Assembly (NCBI GenBank): GCA_051453625.1
Contig: JBOZIK010000001.1
Span: 36,449,334 to 36,513,333, forward strand
Reading direction: 5' to 3'
From: Welwitschia mirabilis
Lineage: Eukaryota
Length of the DNA stretch: 64,000 bases
A model generated the notes under the pieces. That model made no database searches. It was not told where the DNA came from and was given only the letters and a program-made list of their open reading frames with translations. A program made the translations under genes and the position numbers. Shown here piece by piece: positions 23,700 through 36,681 of the stretch (positions are counted from its first letter, which is position 1; each line of letters starts with the position of its first letter).

Positions 23700-26465
23700 C
23701 TCACCTAATTTGAATGTGGTCCATTATTAGTTATGATCATGCGGGCGAGTCCAAATCTCAAGAAGATGTGACTAGTTATAAAATTTTTGACTACTTTCAT
23801 TGTGGGGGATCTAAGTGGGATTGTTTCAACCAATTTGGTAAAGTATTCAATTACAATAATGATGAATGAGTGTGATCTGAAAGATGGCAACTAGATGGGT
23901 CCTATTAGATCTATACCCCATTTTTTAAATATCCAGATCAGATCGATTGGAAATAATTCATTTGGAGGTTGATGTAAGTGAGAATCAAAGATCTAATGTT
24001 GATGACACTTTTGTACATAATTCTTGCAATCTCGATTTTATGTTTTCTAGAAATATCTTGATCGAATAATATGATGAGTCAATATGCATTGCCCTTAATG
24101 TGTCTCATAGATTCCTGCATGAGATTCTCTTAGGATTTCAACTCCTTTTAAATTTATGCATCTTAGCAAGATTCTGTCAAATGATTTCTTAGAAAGTTAT
24201 TTGATATAAATGTGTATTTGGTTACCTTTGGCTTAAAAAAGTTTCCTTTGGTTATTATTCAAGTCCATTTGAATGACTTGATCTTACAAATATTTAATCA
24301 TCATTTAGATTCATGAATCTAGTCCTTCACAACTAGAGATGATTTTTAATAATTTAGCTATTTCAATAAGTATTGTTTGGCGTGATCCAAGATAAAATGG
24401 TTGCTTGATTTCTTCTTGAAAGATAGAATTCAAATTATATGGGTCCTTAAGATAACAACTTGCTAAATTTTCTAGGAAATTAGCTGTCTTATGTTTTCCT
24501 TTAGGTATGATAGCTAGTTAGCATCTTTCCAGATTTTGAATAAATTTTTAGCCACTTCTAGATCTTTTTTAAATGTTTCTAATTTACATTGGTAATTTTC
24601 TATTATTTGGTTGACTACAAGTTGAGAGTTACAAATATCTTAATTTTGTGGACTTTAATTTCAATGTATTAGCTGTTTCTCATGTGGTGGCCTCATATTC
24701 TGCAATGCTGTTTGTGCAAATAAACTTGATCTTAAATGAAAGGACAAGAATGATTTATTTGGCAAAAAGAAGACTATTCTTGCTTTAACATCATTAGCAT
24801 TTTTAGATTCATCAAAGTACATAGTTGTGTCTCAATCTTTTTATTGAATATGAGGTATATCGCTTCATCAGGGAATTCCTTGATGCTATCTAATATAGAT
24901 CTTCTTCTCTAAAGAATTGAGATAATTAAGCAGTAATGCATTAACCTTTAACTGATTTTTGGTAGATAAACTCAAGATCAAATTTGGCTAACATTGAGGT
25001 CCATCTAGTCAACCTTGTACTTTCATTTGAAAATTCTAGTAGATGCTTTAGGACATTTCTATCCTTGATGACATAAGTTTTGTTATAGTCATTTAATGTC
25101 TAAATTTTTGTGATGCAAGTCCTAGAGTAAGGCATATCTTTTCCACATTCAAATAATTGATCTCATGCTTATGTCAGGTTTGAATGATATAATATATTAA
25201 ATGCTCCGCATGATCTTGATTTTGTTATACAATTAGTGCACTTATAGCTTTATTAGCATGTGTCAAGTATAGTTGAAATAGAAGTTTTCGATTCGGTGGA
25301 CTCAAAACCAGGGGATTTATTAAGTATTACTTGATTCAATCTAATGCATTTTGACAATTTTGATTCCATTCAAACCTTATATTCTTTTTGAGTGAGTGAA
25401 GAAATGGTTAGCATCAATCTATTAATGAAGAGATGAATCTTTAAATTGATTAGAACCTTCTTTGGAAACCTCATAATTCAAAGATGTTTCTAGGAGTTGA
25501 CATTTCTAGGATGGCTTCGATCTTTTTATTGTCAACTTTAGTTCCCCTTTTTAACACTATGAACCTTGCCTGGTACTATATATATACAACCATATCTGCG
25601 TTAATTATATAACCCAGAACTTTCCCCCTCATAACACCCCACGCATCAACGGGGTTGTACGGGGAGGACACTATACGGTAGTTTCACCCGGGGTTGGTGG
25701 TTTCTTTATACACGACTACCTTACCTGGCTACATGGTAACTTATCAGATGGCACCTCAAATGTACATTTCTTGGGATTAAATTGGAGATTAAATTTATTA
25801 GCCATTTGAAATATCTTGGTATGATGTTTGAGGTGATTTCTAGCTTCTTTTGAATTAATTACTATGTCATTAACATAATTTTCAGCATTTTGATGCATGG
25901 AATTGTGGAAGATGTATGGCACGGCTCTTTGGTAGGTTGCCCTAGCATTTTTAAGTTCAAATGGCATCATAACATAATAAAATAAACCCCATGGTGTAAT
26001 GAATGTTGTCATGGGCTAATCCTTGAGTTAGATGTATATTTGGTAACAGCTTGAGTATCCATCCATAAAAGATAGAAGTTCACACATGGTTGTGTTATCA
26101 ACTAATATGTCTACAATTGGGAGAGGGGAATCATCTTTGAAGATGACCTTATTGAGATCCTAAAAGTCAAGGCATTCTAATTGATCGATTCTTTTTCATA
26201 ACTACGAGCATGTTAGATACCCAATCATAGTAATTAATGGTTCAAATAAAGCTTATAGTTCAAAGTCTTTATAGGTCTTCTTTAATAGCCAATTCCAATT
26301 TTGGACTTAACTTTCGATCTTTAAGCTTTATTGGCATCGCCCCAAGTTTGGTGATTATGTTGTGCATGGTCACATTTTTGTCTAACCCAGGCATGTCTTT
26401 ATAGTGCCATGCAAAAATATGTTTATTTTCTAGCAAGGCCTTTTCTAAGTAATCTTTTAACATTT
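23700..26465 (-). pseudogene. Gypsy pol remnant: RT, RNase H, additional (archaeal-type) RNase H, integrase N-terminal half
   Basis: IFAWHYKDMPGLD, LNKVIFKDDSPLP, SFMDGYS, TTFITPWGLFYYVMMPFELKNA, KCTFEV; aRH YFDESK...CTNSIAEYEA at about 24480-24830; INT EYFTKLVETIP...RFGLARMIITNNGPH. Confidence 0.92.
25567..25733. other. 167-bp CpG-rich insertion inside the RT coding region
   Basis: Interrupts the K-L-(L)-G-F-I-V motif. TG..CA ends, no clean TSD, composition unlike its flanks. Confidence 0.75.
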
Positions 26466-28934
26466 TGATTTACATGATTACTAGTCTTTAGTATGTTCTC
26501 TGGGACTTTTTGATCAAATTTAAAATTGTAAGTGTGAATTTGTTATTCTTGGGATAAAGATGGTTTACCTTCATAAATCTCTTCCTACCCCTCAACGTGT
26601 TGATATTCTTATTCTTGTGGGTTTTGTTGTTTTAATCTTCTCTTCTCTTATGACAAGGTGAATAAGTTTGATGGTGAAAAATCAATTAAATCTAGCTTAA
26701 TGATTCTTATCATCTCTTTCCCATGGTATTGGAAGTTTAGGGTTTAACCCTTTATTGATTTAAGAGCATATATCTTCATTCTCATTGTAACACAATGTAA
26801 TGCTATTAACCCTAGGTATATAAAAGTTACTTTGAGTAGTTATGATTATTGAAACCAGAGAAAAATTATCAAAATTTTTAGAAGGAGGAACAGGGTTAGT
26901 TATTTTCCTTAGTAATAATAAGCGCCCCTCCCCTGCCTTTTTTTTGCATATAATAAACCATGATTGTCTTTTGGTATGAAGGAATTTTTTTGGGATATTA
27001 TAGATTTATGTTAACTTCCTAATGTTTAGGGTATGGCCCAAAATAAGATGAAAGCTTTTTTTTTGGTAAATAATCTTTGGGATTAATGAACGTTGGGTTA
27101 CAATATTTGTTGCCTCCTTGTTTTTGAGAGATTTCTTTGGCCAACGGTTATATGGGGATGTGGTAAGTCAAGCGATTAAAGGGGATATTTTGCTTTGAGA
27201 ATTCCTAAATAGGTGGGAAGGGGCCTTTTATTTATTGAAAAAGGATCTAATTTCAAGATAGTTAATACCTTGTAAAAAACAAGTGATTACCTCCCTTATT
27301 TTATGTTTTGTTATGGGTGAAAAAGGGGGATTTTAGGATTATGATTTGGAAGGCCTCTCAACAAAACTTGCTAATGCCAGAGGTTCTAAGAGACAAAGAC
27401 ATGAAACTGACTACACTTATAGATGCTATAAAGGAACATTAGAATGGGTAAATCTCTTGTTTAGCATTCTATTCTTTTGATTGAGGGAGTTGTATCTCCG
27501 TGGGTGATTTTTCTACCTTTTTTTTTTTTTGGCCATGTTTTCATTTCTTTAGGGGTCTTTTCCACTAATTTCCTGTGCTTTTTTTTGGTATTTACTCTTT
27601 CTCTCCTTGATTTCCTCTACATTTTTTATCGTTTTGTGTTCATTTTGACCCTTTTCTCTAAAATGGCTGTGTTTCCATAAGGGGTTTTAGAGTTTTCTTT
27701 ATAGTTTAATAACAAGTCAATGCAAGTTCCTTTAATACATTTAAAGAGTCTATTTGATCTTAAACACACAAGCGAGGCTACAAAAGAAAACCTTTGGAAA
27801 CTTTCTAATTCTGTTAAACAAAAGGTTAATAATTATTGGGGCACTTCTATTAGTAAAGATAATGTTTGGAGGCATAAATATTTTCCTTTATTAGAGATGT
27901 TTGTCATAAGAATTTCAGGGAATAAAAAATGATCTAGCTTTCCCTCTTGGATTTTGGCCTTATGTTATGAGATTTTAATGCTTCAAGTTAAATTTAAATG
28001 GTGGACTTTTTTTTTGAGAAATAGAATGGTTAACATGATTGAATATGCTTTGAATGTGTCCACATTTCCCTTTTACTATAATTGGCACCTAGCAATTCTT
28101 GGTCTTTCTCATACTAGAGATGCTTCATTGAAAGGTAACTTTATTTTGAGTTCAAATTTCAATGACCTTTGGAAAGACTTATTTTCCTATTTTCATCTCC
28201 TAATGATGATAATGGAGGGACTCAAAGGGATGTGGGTGATGAGATTAACTATAGTAGGGGTTTTGGTACTCTAGGTGACGCTTGTTCAGAACAAGTTGAA
28301 GAGAGAATGAAGAAATTGGAGACCAAAACCACTTGTGTTAAAAAGGTAAAGTTAGTGGATTTAATCCTCCATAGTCTTTTTGGGATTGATGAGCTTAATT
28401 CAAAACTTAAGAATGATGGGGGATTGAAAGATGAGGCATTGAGAAAGATAAATGATGTTGTGAATACTATGACAAAATCAGGTATTGATAGCATTTTTTT
28501 TCTTTTTTTTGGGTACCATTTCCATTTCTTTCATTCTTTTTATATGGCTCTTTGTATGAATGACATTTTTTTTAATTATTGTGACTCTTATGTTTCTCCC
28601 TTTTTAATGTGATGACAAGATATGTTAATGTTTTAATTTCACTGAAGAATGAGAAGGATAAGGATTAGGTAAATGGCAGGTTCAGCCATCCCCCACTTCC
28701 CATTAGTAAGGAGGACATTGCAAGTAATTCAATGGTCTTGAATTCCCCTTTTCATATTATTTATTTTGTTGTTCCTATTTATTTTAGAAGTTAATGCTTA
28801 GGCTTTTTTTTAATTTTGTTCTATCTCAAATATGGCTCTTGACTCCTTGTTCCGCTTGGATAAGGAAATGAACCTTTTTTTGATGTTGATTTAATCAAAA
28901 CAAACTTAAAATAGGCTTTATGAAAAGTACATTT

Positions 28935-30772
28935 TGTTAACATAAAAGCACCATAAAAAAGATATCAAAAAAACATTATGAACGCATTCATGGAGATGCA
29001 CTTAGTTGTGGCCATCTGTAAGAAGCACTGAATGATCTTTTGAAAGAGCAACACGCAAAATTAACCGAGAACAGGGAAGAAACCACGAAAAACCATGCAC
29101 AGAGGTGAGGAAAAGAGCGCAACCAAAGGGTACGCATAGAAATCCACAAAAGCAGAAGGGACATGTAACAAAGAAGCACAACATGAGATGATGATGCCAC
29201 AGCACGCAAAGGAAGACCAAAGCACTGTCAGAAGAAACACAACAACCCTTTTAAGAAGTAGCCGATGAAGGAGAAAATCAGATGCATAAAGAGGACAGAG
29301 CTGCATGATGCGCTGGTTGCAAGAAGCCGCGAGGGCAGCAAAGAGCCCACACGGTCAAACACATAGGTAGAGCAATGAGGTGCCAGGCGTGATGGTGTGC
29401 AACAAGCACAAAAGTGCAAGGCGTAGAGTGCAAGCGATGGCAGAACCGCGTCGTGCTGACAGGAGCAAAGAACAACATGAATGCAATGTAGGCATAGCAT
29501 GATGATAGTGACATGAGTAGCCAAAAGTGGCCGTAAAGGTGGTGCTTGAGTGCATAAAGCACATACAATGCTAAACAGGTCAGATAACATGCATAGGCGC
29601 AGGTGGTAAAGAGTAGCCAAAAAAAATGCCGGAGATCGCCGAAGAGTCACATAGAATAAGGTAGCAAGGGAGGAGCCTTGGGCGAGAAGGAGCGGCCATA
29701 GGCATGAAGAAACACACTGGAAAAGCACTTGATGAACAGTACCTAGGCGGTGTTGACAAACCCATGTCAAGGTGCTAGTTATATAGCAGACAAGCGCTGT
29801 TAATTTACGAGCATTCCTGTGGGCAGACAACTCATCTGTGCCTCTGAAGATGTGCCCCATTTGAGATACACCTAATAATCTCCCCCTTGGCTCAAATTTG
29901 ATTATGAACTAGAGACACCCTGGCTCCGATACCACTTGTTAACATAAAAGCACTGTCAAAAAGATATCAAAAAAACATTGTGAACGCATTCATGGAGATG
30001 CACTTGGTTGCGCCCATCTGTAAGCAGCACTGAATGATCATTTGTAAGAGCAACGTGCAAAATTGACCAAGCATAGGTAAAAGGCTGGCAAGCACTATTG
30101 TTAGGGCATGGAAGAAACCGCGAAAAACCATGCACAAAGGCGAGGAAAAGAGTGTAGCCAAAGGGCATGTATAGAAATCCACAAAAGTAGAACGGGTGTG
30201 TAACAAAGAAGCCCAGCATGAGGTGATGACACGACAGCACGCAAAGGAAGACTAAAGCGCTGCTAGAAGAAACAGAGTGACCCTTTCAAGAAGCGGCCGA
30301 TGAAGGAGAAAATCGGATGCATAAAGAGGATGGAGCTACACGACGTGCTGGTTGCAGGGAGCCACGAGGGCAGTAAAGAGAACACACGATCAAACGCACA
30401 GGCAGAGCAACAAGGTGCCAGACGCGATGGTGTGCAACAAGTGCAAAAGTGCAAGGCACAGAGTGCAAGCAATGGCAGAACCGCATCATGCTGACACAAG
30501 CAAAGAACGACGCGAACGCAATGCAGGCATAACGTGGGGATAGCGACGTGAGAAGCCCAAAGTGGCCTTAAAGATGACGCTTGAGTGCACAAAGCACGCA
30601 CAACGCTAAACAGGCCAGATAACACACATAGGTGCAGGTGGCAAGGAGTAGCCAAACTGATGTCAAGGTGCTGGTTATATAGCAGACAAACGCCATTAGT
30701 TTGCGAGCATTCCTATGGGCGGACAACTCATCTGTGCCTCTGAAGGTGTGCCCCATTTAAGCCATACTAACA
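28935..30772 (-). mobile_element. Non-autonomous LTR element (large-LTR TRIM-like): two LTRs around a 59-bp PBS-PPT core
   Basis: LTRs 28935-29877 and 29937-30772. Reverse PPT ATCTCCCCCTTGG from 29878; reverse PBS GCTCCGATACCA 29923-29934 (tRNA-iMet type). TSD CATTT at 28930-28934 and 30773-30777. Confidence 0.93.
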
Positions 30773-32029
30773 CATTTGCTTAAACTTCTAGATAACAATG
30801 TTACAATAAGATCTACATAGTTTTTAAGAGGCAAAGCATGAATTTAATCAATCTATTAAAGGTTTTATGCAGTTGGGTCATGAGAACAGAGCGTTTAAGG
30901 CCAAAACATTAGAGTTGAATTCAAAGCTGGGTAATTTATATGAGTTATACCTTGAATCAAAGCATGATGCTTTGAAAACTAACTTCTATTTTTCTATTTT
31001 GAAGGATGATAAAAATATTTGTTTGATATATTGGTCAATGAAATATAGGAGAGAGAGTAATTGTTAAAGCTCTTAAAAGAAGAAATGCTATTCAGATGAA
31101 ATTACTTAAACATTATAGAGAGAAGTCCAATCAACTTCAACTATATTATCACTCTCTTCGTAAAAAGTTAGACAAAGAAGTTATAGATAGTAAATAGATA
31201 GAAGATTTAAGAAACCACATTCAAGTCTTAGAGGAGGAAAGGACAAAAAAAGGACATCTTTTAGGGGCTTGGATAACTTCCTCGAAGAGAATAGGCTGCA
31301 CAATTTTTAAAGAATTTTATGCATACATCTGCTGAGTTTTATTTTGAAAAAAGAGCTCATTTTATGCTTGTTTTTATTGTTCTTTTACTTTATTTTTCTT
31401 TTTCTTTTTTTTTTTTTTTTTGGTTAATTATATATTACAGATGGCTTAAAGAAATATGTCTCATCATTTAGAGAGGAAGATAATATTATTAGCAAGAAAT
31501 TAAAAATGTTGGATAGGAAATAGAGAGGGCAGAATAGTTATGTAAAATGCTATTTACAAGGATATGATTACAGGCACACATTTCCTTCCCCACATGTGGT
31601 AGTTTTGGTATATATTTTTGGTTTTGAAACCATGACATTTGTGATAGTTGGCATAATGTCTATAAATTTGAAATTTGCTAATGGTTGGAGAGGCTTATCT
31701 TGCTTTCTTGGTTTACTTTGTTGGGTATCATGGAAATATGACTACAACATGTTATCATGTTTATTATTAATATGTAGCTCAGTTTGTTTTGTTGGTTTAT
31801 TTATTTGAGCATTATGATCAGTTGGATATAGAATGCTGCCATACTTGCTGTTGTGTTCATTATGAGCACTATTATTAGGCCTATTTGTTGGTTTTGATTC
31901 ATTTTATTAGGCATTATAATCTTCATGAATATTGTAATGCCCACTTTGGTAAATGTTTTTCATTTTATCAAATTGTTGTTTGGGGCAGCTCTCATGTATC
32001 TTGTCTTTTAAACTTTGATTCTGATGTGT

Positions 32030-34238
32030 TCCACCTTTCACTTTTGACACAATAGGATCTTTTCATAAGGAATTTCCAAAACCAAATTTTTTATAGGAGA
32101 TTTCAATTTTTTGATGGAAAATGGAAATCACTAGTTGGGTTTTAACTATTCATGGTTTGCATAATAAAATATTAAAAGTTAAAAAATGTTTAACCACTTG
32201 GAATTCTGTTTCTATAACTAAATCATTCACTTTGATGGGTAACAAAATTTTCTCAAGTATTGGAGCCTTATGTTCATTTAACCCTTTGACTAAAGTGGCC
32301 TATTTGGAGTTTATTTTATTAAGCAATTTTATTTTTTCTAAATAAGCTTTTGTGATGATGTTTATTTTAGCTCGAGTATCAACAAATGTTCTCTGAACAT
32401 TAAAATTTCCAACATTAATTGAAATTTATAGGAGGTCTTGACATAAGATTTCATAGGAAATTTGTTTAATCTCTAGATTCAAAAACATGATTGGTTGGCT
32501 TTCAGGTTTGTTTTGAGTTTCAACTTGGGTTAATATGGCTAGGCATTAATCATGAATTTTTATAAATTTCTATGAAAACTTGTTTATACTCTATTAACTA
32601 TTCATTAAAGGAAATAAATGAACTTTAAATCGATTTTGAGATGACTCCTTATCCATCGTGGCCAAAAAAGGATTTTTATGTATTTGTTCATTTGCTTTGT
32701 GAATAATGTAGATGTTGTACCCAAAAAAATTCGATGTCCCTTCATCATTGCTATCTGTTTACCTTTTTTATCATTTGGTGGTAAGGGATTCTTAAAAATT
32801 TCCAGGAATTCATTAGGATTAGCTAGATCATCTTGGTTTGGTTTACTTTTTTTTCTTAATTAGATCTTACACAATCTATTTTAGGTTCACACATTTTTCT
32901 ATGTCATGTCCTTTAACCCTATGATATTGGCAAAATTCCTCTTCTTTATACCATCTTAGCTTAGGTGAATTAGGGTCTATTGCCTTTGTGATGAGAGCTT
33001 AATGATGTTTTTAAAATTTCAACATAAGAAATTTACTTTTGTAAATGTCCTTCCTAACTTTTTATTTTGGGCAAAGTTGTGATTAGATTTGAAAGTTTTA
33101 TCCTTAGCTTAAAGTGGGGGAAGATTTTATTATTATTGTTGTTGTTGTTGAGGTTTAATGATTGGTATAGATTTTTATTGGAGTTGGGATTTCTTTTGCC
33201 CTATTAATCAATTTTCATGTCTATTTTTAGGCTTCATTCCTTTTTTATTACCCCTTTTCCTTTTCAATAGTTTCAATTCATTTGGCTAATTCCATGACTC
33301 AATCAAATGTTTCAATTTTTTGCATTCTTAAATTTTCTAATACAAAGGGTATATAACACTTCACACATAGACCTACTATGTGTTTATCTAACAGGGTGTA
33401 TTCTAATTATAGTACTACAATCTTTCATCTTTGTGCATGATTCGTGATGTTTTCTTCATATGATTGCTTTAGGCTGATCAAGTTCTCTAGTAAAATTGAG
33501 TGTATAATGTTAATCACATATTGTTTTATAAATTCTTCAAACATCATTTTCAAATTCTAATGGAGTGTGTTGGCAATATGTGATAGCACTCAATTGTGTG
33601 TTTGTTTAAGGAATGATAGAATAAATGGGATGCTATGTTTGCATCAATTCAAAATAATCCATAGCTATGTTTAAAGTTTCTAATGTGGATTTTTGGATCC
33701 TTAGCTTTAGTGAATATTTCAAATTTGGAAATTTATCATGGAAATAATTTCTTTACAGGTACTAATGGATGAACAAATGTATCAATTATCTTAAGATATA
33801 CATAGGGGTTAACTTCGGATAAATATTCTTTTAGTGGTTTTATTATTTCAAAAAGATCCCCTAATTCTAATGACCCTTGTATGGAAGTTTTGGAATGATT
33901 ATTGTCTATGGGGATTTTAATTGTTCATCGAGCAATTCAATATATGAGATTTTTCTATCAAGAGTTCTCTTAGTTGTTGATATCTTTCTTCATCCTCATC
34001 ACTTTTGTTGTTGTCTTGTTTATTATCATCTTGGTTTGGATTTGAAAATAAGCCTTCTAGTATGTTTAAGACCTTTTATGCTACCTTAACCTCTCGTCCA
34101 CTTCTCCAGTTTAATAGTGATCCCCAAAATGTCTTGTGAGCTTTGAATTTTGAGTCTTGTCAGCATTTAAATCAAGTTTTTAGTTAGTATCTTATATTTG
34201 GCCTTTAAGATGATCTTAGAACTAGTGTTGATTGGCAT
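32030..34238 (-). pseudogene. Gypsy gag-protease remnant
   Basis: Gag-like stretch ending FEEFIKQYVIN; knuckle EFCQYHRVKGHDIEKC (about 32885-32940); protease VQRTFVDTRAKINII (about 32350-32400). Confidence 0.85.
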
Positions 34239-34271
34239 TTCATATGTTTTTCCTAATTGGACATTTTAAGT

Positions 34272-34289
34272 GTCCCACTAGGCATGCCA
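34272..34289 (-). promoter_or_regulatory. Primer binding site, tRNA-Arg type
   Basis: Minus strand TGGCATGCCTAGTGGGAC, two C>T changes from TGGCACGCCCAGTGGGAC. Followed after 5 bp by a decayed LTR end (TATTGA for TGTTGA). Confidence 0.8.
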
Positions 34290-34306
34290 AAAACTATTGA
34301 AATAAT

Positions 34307-34566
34307 TTTTTTCTTATTATTTTTTTGAAGATATAGTAGTAGGTAAATTTTATGTCACACAAATGCCCAGTGGAGTTTAGGCTTATGGAATTTAAGCCAT
34401 TTGTATTCCCTGCCGATAGCGGGTAGGTAATTGTATTCCAAACAAATGCCCAGTGGCATCTGGGCTTGCGAAATCTATTCCGTTAGTATTCGATGCCACT
34501 GTTAGGGTTTGAACTTTGAACCTTTGGGTTCATGTATCTGTGACCTTACCACTGTGGTAAGTAGTC
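34307..34566 (-). mobile_element. tRNA-derived SINE
   Basis: Minus-strand A box TACCACAGTGG (34559-34549) and B box GTTCAAACCC (34514-34505) at tRNA spacing. Two ~84-bp internal repeats, tail ATCTTCAAAAAAATAATAAGAAAAAAA, degenerate TSD ATTGAAATAAT/ATTGATAAAAT. Confidence 0.8.
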
Positions 34567-36681
34567 ATTGATAAAATGTCTCATTTTTCAAAGTTAGTGC
34601 TATGGTTCAACTATGAAGATGTCTTGCTTATAAAGATTGGCATAACATTAATTTTTTTGAGGTAAATTTTATTACTCCAAATGATCTTATTTCTTGTTAA
34701 GTGAATAAAGTGATCTTTTGGTTAATTAACTTAGGTAGATAATTTACGTACCTAAATTAACAAAAGATGAGGCTTTAGTATTTATCTTGCATCTTATTAT
34801 TTAAGTATGAATTTAGCAAGGATAAAATAAATTTGAATTGATAAAATTCAAATCTTGATATTAAAATTGATTTCTAAGGGTTTGTAATTATGATTAAAAT
34901 AGATGTAATCTAAATTATCTAAGGTTAAATCATTTTCACTCCAAATTGTAAGCAAAACAAATTAAATCTAAACATTTGGATGTAATCCGAAATAATAGGA
35001 TGTTGAATTTTTGAGAAATAAAATAGTTTTCAAAATTGATAAACCAAAATGATACCTTAAATGACTGAAACCTAAGATTTCATAACTTAATCCACTTTTT
35101 TTTGGATAAATATGAATTCCATAATTTGGTCCTAAATCTGAATTTATAGAAAATTGATTATGAATATAAAAAAATTATTATTTTGACAAAATGACTTAAA
35201 AAGAGTAAAAGCTAATTTCTGACAAATAATATGAATATAAAAGTATAAAAATTAAAAAATAATTTTTTAGATATGAATTATCGTAAAACATATTTAAACT
35301 ACAGAAACAAATTTTAGAATCTGAGTTTTAATAATTAAAATGAATTTTATATGGAAGATCTTAGAACATCTGATATTCTACATCCAGAAATTAACTTTGA
35401 GATAGAGAAAGTAGTTTCTAAGAAGAAAATCTCAATTTACAAATTAAATCTGAATTATCTATGCTTGAACATGTAAGAACATGATGGAAAAAAATGGAAA
35501 ATAATACTTCAAAGACAAAATAGACATAGAAAAAGAGATTTAGACCTTACTATTTTAGTAAATGATAGGATAGAATTGAAAAGGATGACTTTCTTAAGCT
35601 TCTTGACAACTTGAGCTTGTTAGATAATGGCTTCATTATTCGTTGCTACAATGTCTAGTATTTTTGATGTTTTTTGAACATTTTTTGGATTTACCCACTT
35701 GATCTTCTATTGTTTGGACCTTTCATGATTTGATTATTTTCTAGGGACTAGCAAAAGCTTGGGTTTAGGTGAAACGATGAAAAAAAATTTTACACTATGA
35801 ATAATATATTGTATGCATAGCTATATATTAGAAACATAGAATTAATATTTAGTTTACATAAATAATAGCAATTGTCTTTCATATTTAGGCATTACTTTAA
35901 AATTAGAATCTAGGATTACATATTGATTATAGTGCATAAATTAGTAACTAATAAAAATAGTATTATAGTTTTATAGGTTTATGTGCACATAGAGGATGAT
36001 GACAAGTGTCATAACAATTAGTAACGGAGAATTAACATGAAAAGAAGAAAGAAAAATAATCCATTACATACTAATGGCACATGGCAAGTGAAGGCAAAAT
36101 TTATTATGAAAAGTGGAGGCAAAATTTATTCTAACTCCCTTAGATTCATGCATAACATGTGATAATGTACTTATTTAATATAGTAGGAGGAGTTATTCAT
36201 TCTTGTACAAGTGTCCTCCATTTAATTCCCTAAATACTAATATAAATACAACTAAAGATATCATTATGGGAATTTTTTTTTGTACACTTGCATAACATCC
36301 AGGAATGATAGCAAGATTTGGAATCAACCTTAGAGTACTCTTCTTCATTTTCATTGTGACCTACAAAGCAAAACTATTTGTGATCAGTTTATTTACTTTA
36401 CTATAAGTATTATATTTCTAAAAAGAATATATTTTTATTATGATTTTATTTAATAATTTATTAAATATTGCATAACTGAAAAGTATCTTTTAAAATGTTA
36501 TTTTACTTTGTTTGCATGCTGAAAAGTATTGTGAAATAATATATTACTTGAAAAAGTAATAATCTATCTTATCTTACTCCTCTATCTAATGCTAGATAGG
36601 TATTAGAATATTATAGTGCTTAGAAATAGGTGTTGTCTAGCATTATTTTACTATTGTTCTTACATTACATAACCCCCTAAT

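Noticed and set aside
29810..29870. Retrozyme hammerhead or Cassandra 5S domain in the small LTR element
   Set aside because: CTGAAGA is CTGAAGG in the other LTR, with no matching GAAA/stem layout; no 5S A/C box seen.
28988..30756. Many overlapping Cys/Leu-rich ORFs (e.g. 29228-29860)
   Set aside because: They lie in GC-rich LTRs, are not kept intact between the two LTRs and show no recognisable domain.
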